Assembly (NCBI GenBank): GCA_029261715.1
Contig: JAJDAT010000016.1
Location: 301,885-365,884, forward strand
Direction: 5' to 3'
Origin: Nitrospinia bacterium
GTDB lineage: Bacteria > Nitrospinota > Nitrospinia > Nitrospinales > JAJDAT01
Length of the DNA stretch: 64,000 nucleotides
The notes under the pieces are model-generated. The model had not been told where the DNA came from. It worked only from the letters and a program-made list of their open reading frames with translations, and ran no database searches. A program made the translations under genes and the position numbers. Below, piece after piece: positions 47,704 through 57,777 of the stretch. Numbering within the stretch: position 1 is the first letter of the stretch; every line of letters starts with the position of its first letter.

Positions 47704-47722
47704 CTAAAGAGCTTGGTTTAAA

Positions 47723-48466
47723 TCAAATAAAAACGACAAAAGATATTAAAAACTGAAAAAACGAAATAATGGGTGAGAAAATCTTTTCGGTAGGAGATTG
47801 AGGGGAAAATGCAAAATCCTCAGATTTATATTCATACTTTTCATAAAATTCTAAAAGCTTATCTTTCGCTTTGACCACATTTTTGTGGTCTCCACTCTCA
47901 AGGAAAGTTTGTTTTGCCTCACGAGTAAATATTATTGAGCTTCTTCCATCCTTCATTAAATCGGCGGTCTTTCCCATTTCTAAATAAGCATCCGCAGTCT
48001 TGATATGACCAGGGCTTATTCTTAAAAACTTTTGGTAGGCTTCGATTGACTCTTCATACTTCTTTAAATTAGATAATAATCTACCAAGATTAAAATTGGC
48101 CGTAGCACACTCAGGATCAAGGTGGATAGCTCCTTGATAGGCTTCTAAAGCTTTTTCATTATTTTGAAGATGATAATAAGCTGTTCCCAAATTATTGAAG
48201 GCTTTTGAGGAAACTTTGCTACCTTTCAACAATCGAATGACAGATTTAAAAGACTCAGCCGCTTTTTCATAACGTTTTGCCTTTAAATACTTAACTCCAA
48301 CATCAAACTGAGCTTCCGCTTGATTAAGTTCTTGTTTTGAGCTTTTACTTACATTAGCTACGCTAACACTAGCTGAATGGGAGTCATTAGCGGCAAAACC
48401 GAATTCAATTCCGAAGAAAATCGTAGCAAAAAACGGAATAATCCAAAAAATGGATTTTAGGCGCAT
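47723..48466 (-). CDS. Secreted TPR-repeat protein
   Basis: Signal peptide plus 3-4 TPR units (AFNNLGTAYYHLQNNEKALEAYQGAIHLDP and others). Confidence 0.7.
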   Translation of the reverse strand: MRLKSIFWIIPFFATIFFGIEFGFAANDSHSASVSVANVSKSSKQELNQAEAQFDVGVKYLKAKRYEKAAESFKSVIRLLKGSKVSSKAFNNLGTAYYHLQNNEKALEAYQGAIHLDPECATANFNLGRLLSNLKKYEESIEAYQKFLRISPGHIKTADAYLEMGKTADLMKDGRSSIIFTREAKQTFLESGDHKNVVKAKDKLLEFYEKYEYKSEDFAFSPQSPTEKIFSPIISFFQFLISFVVFI

Positions 48467-48608
48467 CGCAGGTAGTATCCTAACTATTTGAGAATAGGAT
48501 TATTATACTACTACCTACGAAAAAATAAAAGCTAGATAAAATATTGAAGGATATTTCTAAAGATCCAAAATCGCAAAACCACGACTAAACAAAAGATCGA
48601 ACATAACA

Positions 48609-50045
48609 TCACCAAAAAGGCGTTCGACCACGAATTGGTACGGCTCCTGAAGATACCGCAGCCTGTTTGACAGCCTGGGCTACATTCTCGGTTACCATTG
48701 GTTCGAAAACGCTTGGAACTATAAATTCCGGTCCCAAAAGGTCTTCACTAATACAATCGGCAATCGCTCGCGCGGCGGCAAGTTTCATTTCTTCGGTGAT
48801 TTTTGTAGCTCCACACTCTAATGCGCCCTTAAATATCCCCGGAAAACAAAGAACATTATTGATCTGGTTTGGATAATCGCTTCTACCCGTGGCCATTACT
48901 TTCACGTAAGGCGACGCTTCTTCAGGCATAATTTCTGGTATTGGATTAGCCATTGCAAATATAATTGGGTCTTTGCTCATTTTTTTTAAGTCTTCCACTT
49001 TCAACAAACCAGGTCCTGATAATCCAATGAATATATCCGCGCCAGAAATCACTTCCGAGAGCGATCCCGTTTCTATACCCGGGTTTGCATTCTCAGCAAA
49101 CCATTTTTTCGCGGAGCTTAAATCTCTTCTCCCTTTATGAATCGCGCCTTTTCTGTCACAAGCTATTAAGTTTTTCACTCCTAGATTCATGATCATTTTG
49201 GAGCATGCCGTACCAGCCGCTCCGGCGCCCAAAACAACAACCTTAAGGTTTTCGGGTTTTTTGTTAACAATTTTTAAGGCATTGATTAAAGCGGCAGTCA
49301 GGATTGCCGCAGTGCCATGTTGATCGTCGTGAAAAACAGGTATCGACAGTTCTTTAGTTAGTTTCTCTTCAATTTCAAAACATCGAGGAGCAGAGATATC
49401 CTCTAAATTAATTCCTCCAAATCCAGGGGCAATTGCTTTTACAATTTTTACAATTTCGTCGGGATCTTTCTCATCTAAACAAATTGGAAACGCGTCTACT
49501 CCCGCAAATTGTTTAAATAACATTGCCTTGCCTTCCATCACAGGTAAGGCCGCCTCAGGCCCAATATCTCCTAACCCTAAAACGGCAGTCCCGTCTGTCA
49601 CAACGGCTACAGTATTATTCTTTATTGTGTATTTTTTAACCGCTTCTGGGTCTTCCGCAATCGCCATGCAAACCCTACCGACTCCTGGAGTGTATGCCAT
49701 GGCTAGATCCTCTGCGTTTTCAATCGGCGTTCGGCTCTTTATTTCAATTTTACCTCCCTCATGTAAACGAAATGTACGATCTGAACACTGAACAACCTCA
49801 ACACCAGAAATACGTTTCAAACCTTCTATAATTTCATTGGCATTTTCTGTTCCAGACGTGAAAATACTTAAGTCGCGAATAGATCCTCCGTTCTTCAACG
49901 GTCTTAAAGTTTCTATCGAACCCAAAATCCCATTATATTCGGCAACTTCTTTGGTGACTTCCGCTAAAATCCCAATTTTCCCCTCTAATTTCAAACGAAT
50001 TAAAATACTATTTCCCGCATTGGGCGTTATAAGAGGTTTACTCAT
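48609..50045 (-). CDS. NAD(P)-dependent malic enzyme with N-terminal ACT-like domain
   Basis: LHEGGKIEI, AMAYTPGVGRVC, VVTDGTAVLGLGDIG and VVLGAGAAG motifs of the short-type malic enzyme. An ~85-aa ACT-like segment precedes them. Confidence 0.85.
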   Translation of the reverse strand: MSKPLITPNAGNSILIRLKLEGKIGILAEVTKEVAEYNGILGSIETLRPLKNGGSIRDLSIFTSGTENANEIIEGLKRISGVEVVQCSDRTFRLHEGGKIEIKSRTPIENAEDLAMAYTPGVGRVCMAIAEDPEAVKKYTIKNNTVAVVTDGTAVLGLGDIGPEAALPVMEGKAMLFKQFAGVDAFPICLDEKDPDEIVKIVKAIAPGFGGINLEDISAPRCFEIEEKLTKELSIPVFHDDQHGTAAILTAALINALKIVNKKPENLKVVVLGAGAAGTACSKMIMNLGVKNLIACDRKGAIHKGRRDLSSAKKWFAENANPGIETGSLSEVISGADIFIGLSGPGLLKVEDLKKMSKDPIIFAMANPIPEIMPEEASPYVKVMATGRSDYPNQINNVLCFPGIFKGALECGATKITEEMKLAAARAIADCISEDLLGPEFIVPSVFEPMVTENVAQAVKQAAVSSGAVPIRGRTPFW

Positions 50046-50259
50046 TTGATCTCCTTGAATATGAATTTCGAGAACTATTGGAGGGCGTAAATTTTGCTAT
50101 TCCTAAATTACTTAAGATAAAAGTATTAAATACTCTAAAAATCTAAAGTATGTTGAATTAGCACGCACGATAGCGGAATTAAGATTTTTCTCCAATATTC
50201 CGATACGATCTATTATACAGAATATTCTCGCGGTTTAAATATTATCCATACCATAAACA

Positions 50260-51558
50260 ATGATTTTTAAACGCTTTTCCCTAGCATTTTTATTTTTTCT
50301 CGCAACTTATTCAACGTTTTTCAACGTAATGGATTCTGCCGCGAAACCAATCAATAAAAACCAAAAGTTTATCGTCAACAAAATAAAATTGGATGGAAAT
50401 ATCATCCTCGACGACCGGTCATTGGCTAAACCGACAAAGTTGGGTAGCGGAATTCAAATGAACGGCCTCATGCGTGAGTTGTTGATCGCTGAAATGGAAG
50501 GATATTATTCTTCTCAGGGCTTTTATCTGGTGCAAGCTAAATTCCCCAAAATAAAACCCCAAAACAAGACGTTGACTCTATTTATTGACGAAGGCGAAGA
50601 AATAAAAAGGGGAAACAGCGAAAGAGAAAGAGCGGAGCAAGCCGTGACTCGACTCGTCTCCTATCGGGATCTACAGATACCCGAATTAAACCGCCAAGAT
50701 GCAATCAACAAACTAATGCAAGGGTACCAAACCAAACGTATTATAGAAGCTGAGCTCGAACGAAAACGATTAGAAAAACAAAAAGCAAACTTAATGGCAG
50801 AGTTAAAAAAACAAGCCGCTAAAGAGGAAGCTCAAAATAAAGCAAAACAAAAGGAATGGTCTTTAATTATGGAAAAGATGAAAAAATTCCTCAAAGATCC
50901 TAACTCTCAGTTTCAACCCATTCCATGGGAGAAAGATTTTCAACGAGCACAGGCTTCCGTAAATAGATTAATCGAAAACAATAAGTTTCCAGTGTCGCCT
51001 GAAATGAAACGCCTCGCAATTACAAAACTGACAAAAACATATAGATCGAAAAGACAAGAACGCTTAATAGCATTAAAAAAGCTGAGATCAAAATCGCAGA
51101 AGGCAGACGGTGATACAAAAACAGATCTAGTCAACTCAGAATTGTCTAAATTAAAACGATCTCTTATGAACTCTAAATCTCAATTAAAGTTCGTCCCGTG
51201 GGAAGAAGACTATCAAAAAGCTCAAGCTTCAGTTGATCAATTAATCGAGAAAAAACAATTAGAAGTTTCATCGGCAATGAAACAGCAAGTAATTGCAAAA
51301 TTAATAAAAGCATATAGAGAAAAAAGACTTGGGCAATTACTTGAATCAAAAAATTTGGATTTCGAATCTCAAGCTTCAGTCATAAAACCTGATTTAGATA
51401 AAGCTATGGATTTGGATAATTCCAAAGTGTCTAAAATGCGCCAACGAATGAAAACTATTATGGCAGATCAAAACTTCTCCAATAAACCCGACATAAAGAA
51501 TCAAAAAATGAAGAAAAGATTAATCGAAATCCAATCCAAACAAAACTTTGATTTGTGA
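50260..51558 (+). CDS. Secreted Lys-rich protein with POTRA-like N-terminal module and three ~60-aa internal repeats
   Basis: After the signal peptide, FIVNKIKLDGNIILDD...FYLVQAKF...LTLFIDEGE resembles a POTRA module. The repeats are PIPWEKDFQRAQASVNRLIENNKFPVSPEMKRLAITKLTKTYRSKRQERL, FVPWEEDYQKAQASVDQLIEKKQLEVSSAMKQQVIAKLIKAYREKRLGQL, and a degenerate earlier copy. Confidence 0.5.
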   Translation: MIFKRFSLAFLFFLATYSTFFNVMDSAAKPINKNQKFIVNKIKLDGNIILDDRSLAKPTKLGSGIQMNGLMRELLIAEMEGYYSSQGFYLVQAKFPKIKPQNKTLTLFIDEGEEIKRGNSERERAEQAVTRLVSYRDLQIPELNRQDAINKLMQGYQTKRIIEAELERKRLEKQKANLMAELKKQAAKEEAQNKAKQKEWSLIMEKMKKFLKDPNSQFQPIPWEKDFQRAQASVNRLIENNKFPVSPEMKRLAITKLTKTYRSKRQERLIALKKLRSKSQKADGDTKTDLVNSELSKLKRSLMNSKSQLKFVPWEEDYQKAQASVDQLIEKKQLEVSSAMKQQVIAKLIKAYREKRLGQLLESKNLDFESQASVIKPDLDKAMDLDNSKVSKMRQRMKTIMADQNFSNKPDIKNQKMKKRLIEIQSKQNFDL

Positions 51559-51742
51559 ACCGCTTCTAAAAATATGATTTATCACCTAAAATCATCGAAC
51601 AAACAATATCAAACCAACTAACACATAAAGTATTAAATATCTCTTAGACTTTCATCGTCGAAAAAAGTAAAAAAACCGAACAGATTTACTTCGAGCATTT
51701 TTTGATATATATTGGTCAAAATTTTTACTATCAAAGAATCTG

Positions 51743-51982
51743 ATGGAACAATCTAAGCCAAAATATTGTATCGGCCAATTAATTAATCATAAATTATTTA
51801 AATACCGAGGAATTATTCTTTGGGTTGACCCCTCTTTTAAGGGAACCGAAGAATGGTATCAAACAATGGCCCGCTCTAACCCTCCTAAAGATGAACCTTG
51901 GTATCACGTCAAAGGACATGATAATCGGAGAACTTATGTTGCCGAGTGCAACTTAGAACCAGATTTAACATATCTCAACTAA
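51743..51982 (+). CDS. YccV/HspQ-like hemimethylated-DNA-binding domain protein
   Basis: IGQLINHKLFKYRGIILWVDP...PWYHV matches the YccV-like domain pattern. At 79 aa it is short for the family. Confidence 0.6.
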   Translation: MEQSKPKYCIGQLINHKLFKYRGIILWVDPSFKGTEEWYQTMARSNPPKDEPWYHVKGHDNRRTYVAECNLEPDLTYLN

Positions 51983-52093
51983 AATATCCCCAGTCGAAAT
52001 CTTCTTTCCAGATAAAAACCTCACTTAGCTCTAGGTATATTTAAATTTTTCGATCTATTTATTGATTTAAAGATAATTTCCACTCATGTTAAA

Positions 52094-52711
52094 ATGAGGC
52101 CATTAACTTCCCCACTCATATTTTTTTGGCTGCTAATAATGGATAAAAATGAATTGCTCGATCTTGTTAAGGACTTGGATTTTTTCAAGGAATTTGAAGC
52201 AAACGAAATAAAAGAACTTGGACAGTTTAAAAATAATATTATCCATTACTCAACAGGAGAAAGAATTATTGCAGAAGGAGAAATTGGACAAGAGTTATAC
52301 ATTCTTCTCCGAGGCGAGATAGCCATAACAAAAAACTCCGCGCCTGATCAGGAATTAAATACTTTAAACCCTGGGGCTCTATTTGGGGAAGTCCCATTAG
52401 TTTCAGGTTCACCTAGATTAACTAACGCGATAGCAAAAAATAAAATTTTGGTTTTAAAAATGGATCATTTTATTTGTAACGCTTTGCCAACCGGGGTACT
52501 AAACCGTTTTTACAAAAACTTACTAGGTCTACTAATTAATAGACTAAATGAAATGAATACTTCCATGGCCGAAGCCAAAACTGAGTTCGACCAATTCATT
52601 ACTGCATACGACCATGTACGCGAAGGTATAGATAAAATTGTCTCCACATCCAAAAACCTTAAGCTGGTTCAAAATATGTCTTATGATTATTTTAATAAGC
52701 TAAGAAAATAA
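52094..52711 (+). CDS. Cyclic-nucleotide-binding domain protein (no DNA-binding domain recognised)
   Basis: GE.G.ELYILLRGEIAI and FGEVPLVSGSPRLTNAIA, the cNMP phosphate-binding cassette. A start at the ATG at 52139 (MDKNELLDL) is plausible. Confidence 0.7.
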   Translation: MRPLTSPLIFFWLLIMDKNELLDLVKDLDFFKEFEANEIKELGQFKNNIIHYSTGERIIAEGEIGQELYILLRGEIAITKNSAPDQELNTLNPGALFGEVPLVSGSPRLTNAIAKNKILVLKMDHFICNALPTGVLNRFYKNLLGLLINRLNEMNTSMAEAKTEFDQFITAYDHVREGIDKIVSTSKNLKLVQNMSYDYFNKLRK

Positions 52712-52904
52712 TATACAATTTGTCCTGTTTATTTTAAGAAACTATTTCTTCTCATCTTTTTAATTGCCATCCTTTGCAACGCTTCCTTAGTTCTCCGATA
52801 TTTATTCTGACCATTTTTAGTATATAATCCAAAATCACTATTAGTCGCCTATAATACGGCTAATGTATTTTTGATTTTTACGAATCACGCCAAAAGTCTT
52901 TTGA

Positions 52905-53432
52905 ATGGAATTTGAAGTGGAAGAAACAAATCAATCCCCATCGGGAAATTATAAAGAAATTGCGAAAGAAGAATTATCGAGCACTCTTGAATCTCATAAA
53001 CTTTGGGTCGAATCCAACGGGTCTCAAGGAAATCAAGCTAATTTATCCGAGGCTAATCTTAAAGGCGCCGCTATTGTTGGAGCTTCTCTTCAAAACGCTA
53101 TCCTTAACAAAGCTTATCTTTACGGAGCGTATTTAAAAAGATGTAATTTAAAAGACTCCAATCTGTCAGAAGCTAATTTAAGAGGGGCTAACTTACGTTG
53201 GTCGGATTTACAAAACGCGAATTTGACATCCGCGAATTTGACTCGAGCCGACATGATGAAAACAGATCTACGTAAAGCGGATTTAACAAACGTCCAAAAT
53301 CTGTCTTGCGAACAATTAAATTCCGCTTTCATTGATAAGTCGACCAAATTACCAGACTACATTGATATCTCCTGGATATCCGATACAGAATACGAATGCA
53401 AAAAAGTATCGCTTAGGCAAAACAAAGATTAG
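52905..53432 (+). CDS. Pentapeptide-repeat protein (175 aa)
   Basis: Runs of A(D/N)L..-type pentapeptides (ANLSEANLKGAAIVGASLQNAILNKAYLYGAYLKRCNLKDSNLSEANLRGANL and onward). Confidence 0.85.
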   Translation: MEFEVEETNQSPSGNYKEIAKEELSSTLESHKLWVESNGSQGNQANLSEANLKGAAIVGASLQNAILNKAYLYGAYLKRCNLKDSNLSEANLRGANLRWSDLQNANLTSANLTRADMMKTDLRKADLTNVQNLSCEQLNSAFIDKSTKLPDYIDISWISDTEYECKKVSLRQNKD

Positions 53433-53463
53433 TCACCGCCCATAGAATGATTAGGAACTAAAT

Positions 53464-54420
53464 TTGGAAGACTGGGAAAAAAACTTACGCGATAAAGTTA
53501 AATCTTATAGCATTCCACTACAAGAAAAAGATTATACTTTACGTCAGGCTCTACTTCTGAAAGTAGATATATCGACCGCTAATCTTCAGGGCGCCGATTT
53601 AAGGAAGGCGAGCATACCGGGAGCCAACTTTTCGGGAAAAGATTTAAGCGGGATCAACTTATTTCAAGCCTCTATGTTAGGAGCCAACTTGCGTAAAGCC
53701 AATTTACAAAATTCTAATTTAGAAGGGGCGAACTTTAAGGGAGCTTATCTAAAAGGTCGCAATTTATCGATTTCGGATCTTAGTTCCGCTAATCTCAGCG
53801 GCGCCAATTTAAAAAACGCTGACTTAACTAAAGCAACTCTTCAAAATGCTAATTTAAAAAATGCCGATTTAACGGAAGCTAAGTTAAAAAAAGTCGACTT
53901 TTCAGAAGCTGATTTAACCGGCGCCGACCTTTCTGGCGCAGAACTAAATCAAGCTGATTTTTCAAAAGCTACTTTAAAAGGCGCTAAGTTTCAAAATGCC
54001 GATCTGCGTGGAGCAATTTTTTCGGGCGTGGATCTTCGAGAAGTCGACCTATCTGGAGCAAATTTAAGGAAAATAGATTTTTCAGGAAAAGATTTAAGAA
54101 AAACAAATTTCAGCGAAACTGATTTAAGAAAAACAAATCTAAGGAACTGCGACCTCCGCGAAACTAATTTTTTTAAAGCCGATCTACGGGGAGCTTTTTT
54201 AAATGATTCAAACTTGGAGGAAGCGTACCTTTCCTCCGCCTTTTTACAAGGAACTGTTTTGGAAAGAGCAAATCTACAAAAAGCAGTCTTGAGATACGTT
54301 GTCAATTTAACAGGAGAACAAATTCAATCCGCTCGAATTGACAAACTCACTAAGGTGCCGTCCTACCTTGAGGTTCTTTGGACCTCGGAAGAAACCTTTG
54401 AATGTAAAGACCGAGATTGA
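53464..54420 (+). CDS. Pentapeptide-repeat protein (318 aa)
   Basis: About 50 consecutive pentapeptide units. TTG start with an AGGA Shine-Dalgarno sequence. The C-terminal non-repeat tail is homologous to that of the upstream paralogue. Confidence 0.85.
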   Translation: MEDWEKNLRDKVKSYSIPLQEKDYTLRQALLLKVDISTANLQGADLRKASIPGANFSGKDLSGINLFQASMLGANLRKANLQNSNLEGANFKGAYLKGRNLSISDLSSANLSGANLKNADLTKATLQNANLKNADLTEAKLKKVDFSEADLTGADLSGAELNQADFSKATLKGAKFQNADLRGAIFSGVDLREVDLSGANLRKIDFSGKDLRKTNFSETDLRKTNLRNCDLRETNFFKADLRGAFLNDSNLEEAYLSSAFLQGTVLERANLQKAVLRYVVNLTGEQIQSARIDKLTKVPSYLEVLWTSEETFECKDRD

Positions 54421-54426
54421 AGTTTC

Positions 54427-55116
54427 ATGGAAATCAAAATAGCCATTTTATCGATAGGAATGGCTCTATTAATTTGCTATTTAGTTTTCATTAATCGTCG
54501 CGAGAAATCCTCTTCTACAAATCATAAAACCAAACTACCACTGGAAGACTCACAAACTCTATTCCAGCCGTCCCACTCCAACACATCAGATTTGTCGATT
54601 AAGTTCCCCACTAAATCTAATCGAAAAGAATTTGACTCTTTCCTAGAAAAAAGAAAACTTGAAATTTTTCGAGAAATTTTAAGACGAGATCATATAGCTC
54701 AGCAAAAAAGACAAATAAATAAAGCAACCTGCCTGCGTGAAATTTTGGAGAAACTATTGGGCGTTCAAGGAGCCGCTGCAGTCTTTGAATACTATGGAAG
54801 CGTTGAGTTGTTTTCAGATGTATATAAAAACTATTTCGGGCATATACCCGATGAAGTCATTTTAAAATGTTTTGACGGTAACCAACTATGGGAAAAAAAA
54901 ATAGAAATTTATATAAAAATCAAACAAGCTATTTTAGACGGCAACTTAAAAACTGTTGAAGAGCCTAAAGCTCCTGATATTTGGATAGTCAGTATTTATC
55001 CCGATAGCTTTAGACAATGGCTTCAGAAAAACCAAGAAGACGTTAAGACTCTGCTTGAAAGAATAGGCCAAAAACTTCCTCCGATAGACCAACTTTGTAA
55101 TTTCCCTCAGAGCTAA
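54427..55116 (+). CDS. Hypothetical single-pass membrane protein
   Basis: N-terminal TM helix (ILSIGMALLICYLVFI). The rest is charged and helical. It starts 6 nt after the pentapeptide gene. Confidence 0.45.
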   Translation: MEIKIAILSIGMALLICYLVFINRREKSSSTNHKTKLPLEDSQTLFQPSHSNTSDLSIKFPTKSNRKEFDSFLEKRKLEIFREILRRDHIAQQKRQINKATCLREILEKLLGVQGAAAVFEYYGSVELFSDVYKNYFGHIPDEVILKCFDGNQLWEKKIEIYIKIKQAILDGNLKTVEEPKAPDIWIVSIYPDSFRQWLQKNQEDVKTLLERIGQKLPPIDQLCNFPQS

Positions 55117-55408
55117 TACCAACGGAATTAAAATTTTCTAAAGAAACCAAAAATAAAAAAACACGAAGCGACCGATATTATTGCAGTTTGTTTTACAGGG
55201 GATGTCGAAACAAGCTACAACAGCACCAAAAAAGACCACTTAGACCATGATCTTATGGATATGAAACAAAATATTTCCTATCAAATGTTGATAGAAAAAT
55301 TAAGCAAAGATTTTCCTTCGTATCAGGAGACAAGGTATTTTGATTTGGAGATTAAAAATAGGAACTACAAAAAAACAATACAATTCTTTGAAAAATAGCG
55401 GTCTAAAA

Positions 55409-55768
55409 TTACTCACGCTTATCAATTTTAGTTTTATCGCTTAATACAAAATGTTCTTTTTCGCAATGACTCACCCATTCTCTATAGGTCTTTCCCTTAT
55501 AGATTTTATAATAATTTAAAATCTCCTGGTCTTGCCTTTGAGCATTTCTTATTTTTTTTTGGAAGTTTATGAATTTATTTTCAAATAGTTTATAATTCGG
55601 TTTTTCTCTCTGTGCTTCTTCAATCATTTCATCACAAAAATAAACAGCAGCCTTAACATATTTTATCGCCTTTTTACTCAACCTAGTTTCACCCTGATTA
55701 GGAAGGCTTCTGAAACCAGTACAGCCAACAAAAAACATAAAAACCGAAATTAATATTATCTTGCCCAT
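55409..55768 (-). CDS. Small lipoprotein, unknown function
   Basis: Signal peptide with lipobox-like FFVGCTG. 119 aa. Confidence 0.5.
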   Translation of the reverse strand: MGKIILISVFMFFVGCTGFRSLPNQGETRLSKKAIKYVKAAVYFCDEMIEEAQREKPNYKLFENKFINFQKKIRNAQRQDQEILNYYKIYKGKTYREWVSHCEKEHFVLSDKTKIDKRE

Positions 55769-55928
55769 ATTTTAATTTCTAATATGATTTTCAAAAACTT
55801 TTTATAAAATGCAGATTGGCAAACCTTCAGCCACAGAATATTATTAAAACGATTATCGGAAAGAATCTAAAAAATAAATTATTTAAGGCTCTATGAGCCA
55901 TTTTTCTGATTGGTAACTTTAGATAAAG

Positions 55929-57743
55929 TTAGATCATTCCAACAGGACTTTGGTAGGATTCCCGCCGTTGGTCGGGCTTGAGATATAGTTGGGTGAGATT
56001 ATTGGTTTTAAATTTGTCTATATAAAGAAAGATATATTCTCGGACGCAAGTTCTAAGATCCCATTTTGAATCGTGATTACGTTCAAATTCTTCAAATACT
56101 TCTAGAGCTTCTGAGATTCCCAACCCACCTTCTGCCGTGAAGTAGTAATCTAATGCAAGATCCCATTCCGGTTTTTTATAGAAATTGACTTTATATTTCT
56201 CCGGCTCCATAGCCACCGGACTAAATCTCCCTAACACAAAAGTCATAAAACCAACTGAATGAATATTTTCCTTATTTTCATCTAAAAACTTTTTGCTGTC
56301 GTCCGCTTCTTGTAAAGTTTCTCCTGGAAACCCAAAAAATCCCATGCAGTGGTTCCAAATCCCAAATTTAGCCGACATTCGAAGGTTAGTTCGAATGGCG
56401 TCTAAATTTGTCGCTTTATCCATTAAGTTAAGAACCCTCTCGTTTCCAGACTCATAGCCAAAATGTAAATATCTACACCCAGATTCAGCAGCGTCTTTCC
56501 AAACTTCGTCATCTAAAAGAGTCTCTTCAAACCTCATATGAGTTGTCCAAGAAATATCTAATTTCTCTTCAATAAGCCTTTTGGATAACTTTCTAAATAA
56601 CGCGGGTGGATATGATTCATCTGTAAAATGGAAATGACGATTGCCGTATTTCTCTTTTAAGAAGCGGATTTCATCGATGGCCATCTCAACTTGTTTAGTT
56701 CGGAATCCTTCTACGTAACCTTGGAAATGATCACAGAACGTGCACCTTCCCCAGTAACAACCACGAGTAGCTAAGTATGGCAAAATTAATTCTGGTACAA
56801 AGTACTTGTCTAGCGGTAAACCGTCAAAGTCTGGAGGCGGCAGTTTCGCCATATCTTCAGCGCATACTTTTTTATTTGCTCTAATTTCTTTGCCATCCCT
56901 ATAAATTAAGTTTGGCAAAGAGGATAAATCTTTTTCGCCTTTTTCAATCGAGTTCACCAACTCTAAAAATGCGTTCTCTCCCTCATAGACAATGACAGAG
57001 TCATATAACTTAAATATTTCTTCATTTTTTACTAACTCATCCCTTAATCGAGTGACAATGTTACCGCCAATACAAATGTGAATATCAGGGAACTGTTCTT
57101 TAATCAATTTGCAAAAAGTGAATGTTGGAATCAGTTGTTTTTGTTGAACAATAGAAATCCCGACAACACCTGGGGTATTTGCTTTCAATTCAGGTTCAAT
57201 TAAAAAACGATATACATCTCGATATACATTTATTTGTTCGTCATCTAAAGCTTCTATAATCTCCGAAGACATAAATGGTTTATAAACGATATCGGTTTCA
57301 ATCGGCGGAAAGCAAATTTGAGCGGGATAATACCCAAGTGAAACCACGGACATGATTTCGTGAAGGGAATTGTTAGCCCATTCTAATTTATCGATTTCAT
57401 AAAAATCCTGACTTCTAAGAATTGCTTTTGCTTTATAAGCTTTTTGAATTAATTCCTGAAAGAACTCGTCCGTACAAGCAGAAAGTTGGGCCTTTAATTC
57501 GCTTTCTTCTTGGTCTAGGGTTTGAACTTCTTCCAGTCTTTGTAAGTGCCGAAGCTCAAAAGCGATCCTTGTCTGCACATGACGCAAAAACACTTCCCCA
57601 AACATCATGTCGTACATTTCGACATTAATATCCATTTGGGTTACATCGTGACCAGCTGGTCTTAACACGGATGTCAAAGCTGGCAAACTTAAATAAGGCT
57701 CCGATGGTAACCAATCTGGCGGAAATAAAAGCGTCACTTTCAT
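55929..57743 (-). CDS. B12-binding-domain radical SAM enzyme (paralogue 2), non-canonical CX4CX2C cluster motif
   Basis: The N-terminus MKVTLLFPPDWLPSEPYLSLPALTSVL is a cobalamin-binding-like Rossmann start. The radical SAM core has ATRGCYWGRCTFCDH. It resembles the RiPP-maturation/B12-rSAM class with a GC(W/Y)WG...CTFC context. Confidence 0.85.
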   Translation of the reverse strand: MKVTLLFPPDWLPSEPYLSLPALTSVLRPAGHDVTQMDINVEMYDMMFGEVFLRHVQTRIAFELRHLQRLEEVQTLDQEESELKAQLSACTDEFFQELIQKAYKAKAILRSQDFYEIDKLEWANNSLHEIMSVVSLGYYPAQICFPPIETDIVYKPFMSSEIIEALDDEQINVYRDVYRFLIEPELKANTPGVVGISIVQQKQLIPTFTFCKLIKEQFPDIHICIGGNIVTRLRDELVKNEEIFKLYDSVIVYEGENAFLELVNSIEKGEKDLSSLPNLIYRDGKEIRANKKVCAEDMAKLPPPDFDGLPLDKYFVPELILPYLATRGCYWGRCTFCDHFQGYVEGFRTKQVEMAIDEIRFLKEKYGNRHFHFTDESYPPALFRKLSKRLIEEKLDISWTTHMRFEETLLDDEVWKDAAESGCRYLHFGYESGNERVLNLMDKATNLDAIRTNLRMSAKFGIWNHCMGFFGFPGETLQEADDSKKFLDENKENIHSVGFMTFVLGRFSPVAMEPEKYKVNFYKKPEWDLALDYYFTAEGGLGISEALEVFEEFERNHDSKWDLRTCVREYIFLYIDKFKTNNLTQLYLKPDQRRESYQSPVGMI

Positions 57744-57777
57744 AATTAATTCCTCAATAAAAAGAGAACGTATGAGC

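Noticed and set aside
55252-55395. 47-codon ORF (MDMKQNISYQMLIEKLSKDFPSYQETRYFDLEIKNRNYKKTIQFFEK) in the 55117-55408 spacer. Its frame stays open upstream for ~40 more codons without a start codon
   Set aside because: It could be the remnant of a decayed gene or a small protein. There is no Shine-Dalgarno sequence, no recognisable motif and no way to test this here, so it is not annotated.
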